A DNA stretch of 38,935 nt from a virus, in the IMG/VR virus record IMGVR_UViG_3300045988_103843, positions 1 through 38,935 of that record. One strand, given 5' to 3'. The position numbers and the translations under genes are program-made. Positions within the stretch are counted from its first letter, which is position 1, and each line of letters begins with the position of its first letter. This document shows positions 8,411-15,121 of the stretch, in pieces. Under the pieces are notes generated by a model. That model did no database searches. It was given only the letters and a program-made list of their open reading frames with translations, and was not told where the DNA came from.

Positions 8411-10484
8411 ACGCGACTGCCTTCCTCGCCTTGCGCCCGAACTCCGATTCGCCCATGACAGGCGTGAACTCTGCAATGATGGCCGGCAAGTTCTCTGCCA
8501 GCCAGCTGATAACGGCAGATTCGCCACCGGCAATATTGTTGGTGCCGGGTATGGCGACATCTTGCGCCGTTGAAATCATACCGCGCATTGCGTTATCTGT
8601 AGACTGCAACAGCAAGTCGGCATCGTCGTCGACACCGAGCGCTGCGCCCTGCATCGTATACTGGCCGATCTTACGGAACACACGCGACGGCGATTTGATG
8701 CCGAGCAGGTTCTTGGCTGCGCTAATGGCATTGTCGACAGCACCTTTAACTGCACTGATCAGCTGATCGGCGGCACCGGTGACACCGTTCACCATACCCT
8801 GGATGATGTTCGAACCGATCGATGTCACTTGGCCAGGTATGGACGCGAGGCCGTTGATGAGGTTATTCGCGAACTGCGTGGCAGCGCTCGTGGCGTTGCT
8901 TGCGAACTGTGACACCCAGCCGATAACGGTCGAGATGACGCCAGAGAGCCAGGATGCCACGTTACCGGGCAGCGCCGACAGGAACCCGGCGATTCCAGAG
9001 ACAAACCGCGAACCGGCGTTTACAGCGTTCGCCGCCATGTTGGCGACCCATGCGGCGACATTCGCGATGACCGTCGACAGGAATGTCGCGATGTTGCCAG
9101 GCAGCTGCGCGAACCACTGTACCAATGCATTGATCGCGTTGGGCAGGTCAGTCGTGAAAAACTGTACGACGCCTGTCACGAAACCGCTGATGTCCTCATA
9201 CAACTGCTGGAAGCCTGTGATGACGAACGCGATGACCTCGACGATGGCCGAAAACACCTTGATGGCAGTACTGATCGCTGCGGCCAATGCTGTACCGATG
9301 AGGTCTGCGATGAACGTGAGCAAAGGCTGTGCGTACTCGATAGCACTGAAGAAATCATTGAAAGCCGGTGACAGCGTCTCGATTGCGGGGAGCACGAGGT
9401 CGTTGACGTTGTCGCTGAACGTCGTGACACCAGAGCTGATCGCGCTGAACACGCTGTCAGCTGCATCTGCTGCTGGTTTCAAATTGTCGTTGAATACGTC
9501 TGCGAACTTACCGAAGACTTTGTCTGCACCTGCGAATGCATCGTACAACGGCCCTTGCACCGCTTCAGGCAGGACGCCGATAAGCGAGGCGCGGAGGTAG
9601 CGGCCGACATTCGGAGCATATGCTGCAACCGTCTGGCCGAGAGTTTCCATGATCTGGCCGACCCTCGGGATGATGTTCTTACCCGCAGTGGCGACGGACT
9701 CGACGAGCTCGTCGGTCAAGTCTTGCATGTTGGCGTTCTCGTTACCGAGGCCTGCGACCCAGTTCTCCCATGCGGCCTTCGCCATGTTGACGGAGCCCTC
9801 GATGGTCGTCGCTGCCTCTTTTGCAGTCGTGCCGGTGATGCCCATCTCACCTTGCACGAGGTGGATGGCCTCGACGATGTCAGAATACGAATCGACCGAG
9901 AAATCACGCACTTCGCCCTGCGCTGCTGAGAGTTTCTCGGCGTCTGAGAGCAGGCGCTCCAATTCAGACTTTGTACCGCCGTAGCCGAGTTTCAGGCTGT
10001 CGAGCATCTCGTAGTTGCCGCGCGACAGCGACATGTATGCTTCCTGAACGGTCTCGAGCGATGTGCCCATCTTGTTGGCATTGTCGCTCATGTCCATGAT
10101 GGCAGTGTTGGCTGCGTCGGCTGCGGCCTCAGTATTGCCGCCGAGCGAGCTGATCAGCGCCGCTGCGAAGTTCGTCGAGATCTCCATGTAGCGGTTAGCT
10201 GAAACACCTGCCGTCTGGTAGGCATTTGCCGCATACTGCTGCATTTTGCCGGACGAGTCTTTAAACAGGGTGTCGATACCACCGACGAGCTGCTCGTAGT
10301 TCGAATATGCGTCGAGTGCAGTCTTACCGATGGCGACCGTCGCTGTACCCAATGCGGCGACAGCGGCACCGCCGACTTTCGCAGCGGTGCCCAATGTGTT
10401 CTTGATGCCGTCACCGATCTTGCCGACCTCGCCTGATGCCTGGTCGTCACATGTGATCTTGACGGCGAGGTCGAGTAGATTCAT
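8403..10484 (-). CDS. Tape measure protein
   Basis: 693 aa, A/G/I-rich helical protein with multiple hydrophobic segments. Lies directly after the G/GT chaperone pair. Confidence 0.9.
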   Translation of the reverse strand: MNLLDLAVKITCDDQASGEVGKIGDGIKNTLGTAAKVGGAAVAALGTATVAIGKTALDAYSNYEQLVGGIDTLFKDSSGKMQQYAANAYQTAGVSANRYMEISTNFAAALISSLGGNTEAAADAANTAIMDMSDNANKMGTSLETVQEAYMSLSRGNYEMLDSLKLGYGGTKSELERLLSDAEKLSAAQGEVRDFSVDSYSDIVEAIHLVQGEMGITGTTAKEAATTIEGSVNMAKAAWENWVAGLGNENANMQDLTDELVESVATAGKNIIPRVGQIMETLGQTVAAYAPNVGRYLRASLIGVLPEAVQGPLYDAFAGADKVFGKFADVFNDNLKPAADAADSVFSAISSGVTTFSDNVNDLVLPAIETLSPAFNDFFSAIEYAQPLLTFIADLIGTALAAAISTAIKVFSAIVEVIAFVITGFQQLYEDISGFVTGVVQFFTTDLPNAINALVQWFAQLPGNIATFLSTVIANVAAWVANMAANAVNAGSRFVSGIAGFLSALPGNVASWLSGVISTVIGWVSQFASNATSAATQFANNLINGLASIPGQVTSIGSNIIQGMVNGVTGAADQLISAVKGAVDNAISAAKNLLGIKSPSRVFRKIGQYTMQGAALGVDDDADLLLQSTDNAMRGMISTAQDVAIPGTNNIAGGESAVISWLAENLPAIIAEFTPVMGESEFGRKARKAVAYA

Positions 10485-11100
10485 ACGACCACTAATCCCG
10501 CCCTTTGTGTGACGTCCGCCACGACTGCGGCGGCGTCGATGTCTTCATATACCTTGGGCCGGACTACATCATACCATCGTCGGTTTAGGAACTTTTGTTG
10601 GCCCATGAGGTATAGGGAATCGGTGACGTATACCTTAAACGCCATCTCATCCCGCTCCCTTCTGTAACGGGCCTTCGTGAACTGGACGAATACGTCTGCC
10701 CTTAGAGGACCTCGAAACTCTCCAAGGCAGAGCCAGATGCATCTGCGTCCTTCTTCGTCTTCGGCGAGGATAAAAAACTGATGAACGCCTCGTCAGTCAA
10801 AAGCTCAATGGTGTCAGTGAACAGCTTTGCGAGGTTGAGCATATCGGTATACTCCTCAGGGGTCACACCCTCAATTGTAGCCAAAATTGTGATGACGTCT
10901 TGCTTGTGTCCCTTGAGCAAAACCGGCACACCCTTACGCATACGCGCAGCGAAGAACTCACGCGCTTCCATACCTTCCGGCACGGCCTTGCGCTTGAACA
11001 TTTCTGCGATGTCCTTATCCTGCGCGATATTTGCGACGGGGTCGATGAGGTCGGCGATGACGTCGAGGACACGGTCACCCTTGATATCGCTGAGTTTCAT
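10481..11100 (-). CDS. Tail assembly chaperone gpGT-like product made by a programmed -1 frameshift
   Basis: My hand translation shows the -1 frame open from the slippery site to a TGA at 10481-10483. That stop overlaps the TMP ATG as ATGA. This explains the otherwise ORF-free gap 10485-10701. Confidence 0.7.
10702..11100 (-). CDS. Tail assembly chaperone (gpG-like, zero-frame product)
   Basis: 132 aa acidic protein between the major tail and tape measure genes. Contains the slippery heptamer near its 3' end. Confidence 0.8.
   Translation of the reverse strand: MKLSDIKGDRVLDVIADLIDPVANIAQDKDIAEMFKRKAVPEGMEAREFFAARMRKGVPVLLKGHKQDVITILATIEGVTPEEYTDMLNLAKLFTDTIELLTDEAFISFLSSPKTKKDADASGSALESFEVL
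10771..10777 (-). other. Slippery heptamer T_TTT_TTA for the -1 frameshift
   Basis: Plus strand taaaaaa. On the coding strand, agT TTT TTA tcc in the zero frame (..F I S F L S..). Confidence 0.65.
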
Positions 11101-11125
11101 TTTACTTCCTCCTTCTTAGGCAGCA

Positions 11126-11728
11126 TTAGGCGTCTGCCGAACCTGCCTTGATGTAGATCTCGAATGGTACGGTGTCGATATTTTTCATGCTGTAATGGCC
11201 TGTATACTCGAAGCTGAACGTACCCTTCGCTTTGTCACCGGACTGGATCTTGAAACCACCGGTCGACAACGCGCTGATGAGCTTGATCGCGATGAAACCG
11301 GCCTTACCTGCAGACGTGCCGTCTTCGTTGACGTCGGAGTAGTCGCCGACCCACCAAATGTCTTTGAAATCTTCGGCGTCAACAAAGTTGCGGGGCACGA
11401 CCTTGGTCGGATCGTCGCTTACGGTGTCGGCAGTGCCGACGACAGATTTTGCGACGTTCGTATCCATCGTGACGAAAGTGCCGGACATCTTGGCATCCCA
11501 GCTGTCGAGCTTCTTGAGCTCTTTCGTGTTCTTCGGGCAGTTATCGATGTCGTCGCCAAAGTCGGTGAACGACGGCGTTGCCTCGAACGTCACACCACCG
11601 CTCGTCGCGCCGACGATATTACTCGCAGTGAGCGCACCGGTCGCCGGGTCGAAATCAGTGGTGAGGAGGCCGGCATTGAGCTGGAGTTTCTTGAATGTAT
11701 CCGTGGGGATCTGCGTGAACTTAGCCAT
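11126..11728 (-). CDS. Major tail protein
   Basis: 200 aa, in the position upstream of the chaperones. Typical siphovirus tail-tube-like composition. Confidence 0.8.
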   Translation of the reverse strand: MAKFTQIPTDTFKKLQLNAGLLTTDFDPATGALTASNIVGATSGGVTFEATPSFTDFGDDIDNCPKNTKELKKLDSWDAKMSGTFVTMDTNVAKSVVGTADTVSDDPTKVVPRNFVDAEDFKDIWWVGDYSDVNEDGTSAGKAGFIAIKLISALSTGGFKIQSGDKAKGTFSFEYTGHYSMKNIDTVPFEIYIKAGSADA

Positions 11729-11741
11729 TTAACTTGTCCTC

Positions 11742-12110
11742 TCAAAATGAGGTGATAAACTCTGCCGTCAAATTGATATGGCGGCGCTTGATCTTGCTGT
11801 CGGCGGTGTCACCCATACTCTGGCAGAACGGCGAGCCCTTTTTGAGTACGATTCCGCCACCATCGCATGGGATACACTTGCAGCCAGTGAGTGCCTTCGA
11901 GACATCGCGGGCTTTCGCATTCGGCTCCGCCTCCGAGTCACCGCGGCACCAAATGTCCATAGCCAACGCGACCTCGCCGCCCCAGAAATCATCGACAGAC
12001 AGCTCGTACGTGATGTACGGGAATTCCGCGTCGTCTGGTACGGAAGTCGCGGCGTACGCCGGGACATCGAAGCCGGCCATGAAATTGTAGATCGCTGCTG
12101 CCGGCGTCAT
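11742..12110 (-). CDS. Tail terminator / tail completion protein (assigned by position)
   Basis: The ATG at 12110 forms an ATGA overlap with the upstream stop, with GGAG 6 nt upstream. Confidence 0.45.
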   Translation of the reverse strand: MTPAAAIYNFMAGFDVPAYAATSVPDDAEFPYITYELSVDDFWGGEVALAMDIWCRGDSEAEPNAKARDVSKALTGCKCIPCDGGGIVLKKGSPFCQSMGDTADSKIKRRHINLTAEFITSF

Positions 12111-12454
12111 GACAAGCTCCATTCCTCGGCGTTTACCTGCTCAAACTGGAACGAGGCTGTGGAAGGTGTGCGCTTGTCGTCCCCGTTAGACGTGACACGG
12201 AACACCTGCCCGTCTGACTTACGCTTGAAAACGTCATGGAACTCTAGCGCTGCGTTTACCGCCGTAGTGACGGTATACGTGTTCGTGAGGCCGTCCTTCT
12301 CGGCGATGCGCGCCTGAAGGCTCGTGTCCCTCACGATCGCCGCATCGAACTCCGCGCCCTCCTGCCAGGCAGTAGTGAAACCGCCCTCGCCGTCGGACAC
12401 CTTAGCCTTGTTCATCACGACACAAGGTTCTTTGAAAGCATCGATCAAACTCAT
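12107..12454 (-). CDS. Head closure / head-tail joining protein (SPP1 gp16-like, assigned by position)
   Basis: The ATG at 12454 forms an ATGA overlap with the upstream stop. 115 aa. Confidence 0.45.
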   Translation of the reverse strand: MSLIDAFKEPCVVMNKAKVSDGEGGFTTAWQEGAEFDAAIVRDTSLQARIAEKDGLTNTYTVTTAVNAALEFHDVFKRKSDGQVFRVTSNGDDKRTPSTASFQFEQVNAEEWSLS

Positions 12455-12861
12455 GGCAACTTCCTCCAACGGTTGAGGCGTCGGCGGAATGCGTCTTGCC
12501 ACCGCATAGGCGTACCGTCAGACGCCGTGGCCTTCGTATACGAATACCCGCCGAATGACTCCGATGTGTATACGGAATCGGGGTTGGCCTTGCACCACGC
12601 CTCGATTTCGGCTGCGATGTCGATGACTGCCTTCGGTATCGCCAACGCCCAGACCTCGCCGTCGAACACCTCGTCGATGAAATCTGATGCGGGGTATTGG
12701 TGCAGGCCGTCATTGAATACGCTGCCGACGATGCGGTAATACTGGCCCTGCTTGACGAAGCCATGCGGGAGGGTGAGCTCACCGTCTACGATGGTGAGCT
12801 CACCTGCGAGGTAATCACACTCGAACCAATTGTGGATCTCTGTGAGCAACTCCTCCAGCAT
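12451..12861 (-). CDS. Head-tail adaptor (gp6/gp15-like, assigned by position)
   Basis: 136 aa, immediately downstream of the major capsid gene. Confidence 0.45.
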   Translation of the reverse strand: MLEELLTEIHNWFECDYLAGELTIVDGELTLPHGFVKQGQYYRIVGSVFNDGLHQYPASDFIDEVFDGEVWALAIPKAVIDIAAEIEAWCKANPDSVYTSESFGGYSYTKATASDGTPMRWQDAFRRRLNRWRKLP

Positions 12862-12870
12862 GTTGACTCC

Positions 12871-13869
12871 TTAGGCAGTCTTCGGCGCGGTGATGATGCC
12901 CTTCATGTGGCCGGCCTTGAGCGTGTTCTTGAGGGCGACGCCTGCGACAAGCTCGACTTCACCCTTCTTAACCGCACCGGGGAGGGTAAGGTCGGGCATG
13001 TAGGACGTGATGACCTTGGTGCCAGTCGGGGAGATGCCGTGGAAGGCGTCGATGCCGAACTTGACGGCATAGATGTCGGAGGTACCGAAAGCACTGGCGC
13101 TGGCAGCGGTGTCGGCGATGATGCTGACGGTCTCGGTGCCGTTATAGAAATCGCCGGCATCCATGAGCTCGATGCCGTTATAGGCCTCGACAGTGCGACC
13201 GAAGTCGTCACGCGACTGGGTGTAGTAGCCGGAACGACGTGCGATGCCACGGAGCTTGGAGAGCATCTTGCGGTTCATGAGTAGCATGTCGGGCATGCCG
13301 TCGAGGCCGGAGATGAACTCGTCGAGCTCGTCCAGGAACTGGTTGCGGTTGGCATCCATGTTCGCACTGGTGGACAGGTCCGCAGTGGAGGTGTACTCGG
13401 TGGAGGCACCGGTGAGCAGCTTCTTGAGGCCGTCGAAGGTGCCGGTGGTCTTACCGGCGCCGGCGGCGCCTGCGGCGGTGCCGTTGATCACGCAGTTGGT
13501 GAAGAAATTGGCAGTGGCCTTGATCTTCTCGTCTGCCTGGAACACGAGCTCATCGATGGCGCCGGAGGTGTCCTGGATGACGCGGTCGACCTCGAAGGAA
13601 CCTCCCATGATGATGGCCTGCGTGGTCTTCTTCTCACGCTTGGCCTCGTTTGCGGTGTACTCGGAGTTGATCGCACGGACGGCAGCGGTGGAAGGCGTCT
13701 TCAGCTGCGTGTAGCCGTAGGTGAGCGTGGATCCGCCGGTACCGGGGGAGATGGCGTTGTCGAAAGTGAGGCGGTCGAGGAGCAGGGAAGAGCGACGGAA
13801 CATGTCGACGACCTGCTGGTCGACCTTGTCGGCCATACTGACCTTGGCCTCTGCGAGAGTGATAGGCAT
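12871..13869 (-). CDS. Major capsid protein (HK97 fold expected)
   Basis: 332 aa, directly after the scaffold gene. Composition and length are typical of this type. Confidence 0.85.
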   Translation of the reverse strand: MPITLAEAKVSMADKVDQQVVDMFRRSSLLLDRLTFDNAISPGTGGSTLTYGYTQLKTPSTAAVRAINSEYTANEAKREKKTTQAIIMGGSFEVDRVIQDTSGAIDELVFQADEKIKATANFFTNCVINGTAAGAAGAGKTTGTFDGLKKLLTGASTEYTSTADLSTSANMDANRNQFLDELDEFISGLDGMPDMLLMNRKMLSKLRGIARRSGYYTQSRDDFGRTVEAYNGIELMDAGDFYNGTETVSIIADTAASASAFGTSDIYAVKFGIDAFHGISPTGTKVITSYMPDLTLPGAVKKGEVELVAGVALKNTLKAGHMKGIITAPKTA

Positions 13870-13880
13870 AATTGCCTCCT

Positions 13881-14444
13881 TTAATCAGTGTTCTGCTTGG
13901 TGTACTTCTGTCGCAGGGCGTCGGCCAGCGATTTCGGTTCGGCCGTGCCGTCGCCACCGCCATTAGGCGGCGTATCGACACTCGCGGGCTTAGTGCCCTT
14001 GGTCGGGATGAAATCAGACCATTCGCCCTTGACCTTCTCCGTGACCTTGTCGGCATCCTTGATGGCGCCGTCCTCGACCACGATATTAGACAGGTCTGCG
14101 ACACGCATCACGGCATCCATACGCTTGGGGTCGACCCCGGCGTCATTGAGCAGTTTACGGTACAACGATTTCTTTTCACGGTCGGCGGCAGCCTTCGCAG
14201 TGTCTGCCTTGAACGCCTCGAAATCGGCGTGCTCCTTCTCGAACTTCTCTTTGAAACCGTCAGCAGGCTTGGCTTTGAGCTCCTCGAGCTCCGCCTCGGC
14301 CTTTTCCAGTCGATCAGCTGCATCTTTGAGCTCGTCGCGCTCGTCCTTCAGCGCGTTGACGGTCTCAGTGTGTGCATCGATGATCTGGTCGATCTTCTCG
14401 TCTTCGATCCCCATGGATCGGAGGAGTTTGCGGGTAAGTGCCAT
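13881..14444 (-). CDS. Scaffolding protein (GP20-like coiled coil)
   Basis: The ATG at 14444 (MALTRKLL...). Highly charged K/E/D/A-rich helical protein upstream of the capsid gene. Confidence 0.8.
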   Translation of the reverse strand: MALTRKLLRSMGIEDEKIDQIIDAHTETVNALKDERDELKDAADRLEKAEAELEELKAKPADGFKEKFEKEHADFEAFKADTAKAAADREKKSLYRKLLNDAGVDPKRMDAVMRVADLSNIVVEDGAIKDADKVTEKVKGEWSDFIPTKGTKPASVDTPPNGGGDGTAEPKSLADALRQKYTKQNTD

Positions 14445-14515
14445 GATGTTCGCTCCATTCCTTCGGACTCTGGGGCACATGCTTCGACCCCATACTGTAT
14501 AGCGCATTGCTTCGC

Positions 14516-14547
14516 GCATTTAACATAAATAATACCATGTTAAATGC
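14516..14547 (-). other. Perfect 11-bp AT-rich stem-loop in the intergenic region upstream of the scaffold and capsid genes
   Basis: gcatttaacat-N10-atgttaaatgc. It overlaps the stop codon of the 14540-14878 gene. Confidence 0.35.
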
Positions 14548-14878
14548 TGCCGCCGAGGGCTTTTTTCAGCACTTGGCGGTATTGTGTGCCATGCTCAGAA
14601 GCCGCCGGCCTTAGGAAAGGCTGAGCCTTCTGGCGCGAGGTGCCGAGCTCGACGTACGGCGCGTATTCGACATTCGTCCCGATGTACACGGCGTTATCGG
14701 CAGCATCGACCTCGTATGTGATCGAGCCGCGCAGGTTGCCGGTATCGACCGGGCATTTCTTGGCGGCGTAGTTCTCGGCCAAAAGCCCGATCTCCTCGAG
14801 TGCGCGGCCGATCGCCGAGTCGATACCGTCGACTGCCTGCTCGATATTGTCTTGCTTCACCGTGACATCGCCGGCCAT
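14540..14878 (-). CDS. HK97 gp10-family neck / tail-completion protein
   Basis: VDTGNLRGSI and TNVEYAPYVELGT motifs. The internal ATG at 14878 avoids a long R/S-rich out-of-context N-terminus. Confidence 0.7.
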   Translation of the reverse strand: MAGDVTVKQDNIEQAVDGIDSAIGRALEEIGLLAENYAAKKCPVDTGNLRGSITYEVDAADNAVYIGTNVEYAPYVELGTSRQKAQPFLRPAASEHGTQYRQVLKKALGGSI

Positions 14879-14879
14879 G

Positions 14880-15113
14880 TCACTCCTCCTCGATATAGAA
14901 CGGGCAGTCGGCGCCGTCGAAATAGACCGTGTCGGGCTTGATGTTGCCGAGGCGGCGCTCGTATACGAGGCAATACGACTTGTCCGGTGAATCCTCCCAC
15001 GGCGCCGGGCCGTGCGCATTCGCACACGTCCGGCATTTGCGGGGGTTGCGTTTCAGGCAGCCGAACGAGTCGTCGGCCTCGAGGTTCGGTACTTTCTGCT
15101 TCTCAGTGGCCAT
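14880..15113 (-). CDS. Small Cys-containing hypothetical protein
   Basis: 77 aa from the ATG at 15113 (MATEKQK...). Contains C-x7-C-x2-C plus two further Cys. Confidence 0.55.
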   Translation of the reverse strand: MATEKQKVPNLEADDSFGCLKRNPRKCRTCANAHGPAPWEDSPDKSYCLVYERRLGNIKPDTVYFDGADCPFYIEEE

Positions 15114-15121
15114 GGTACTCC

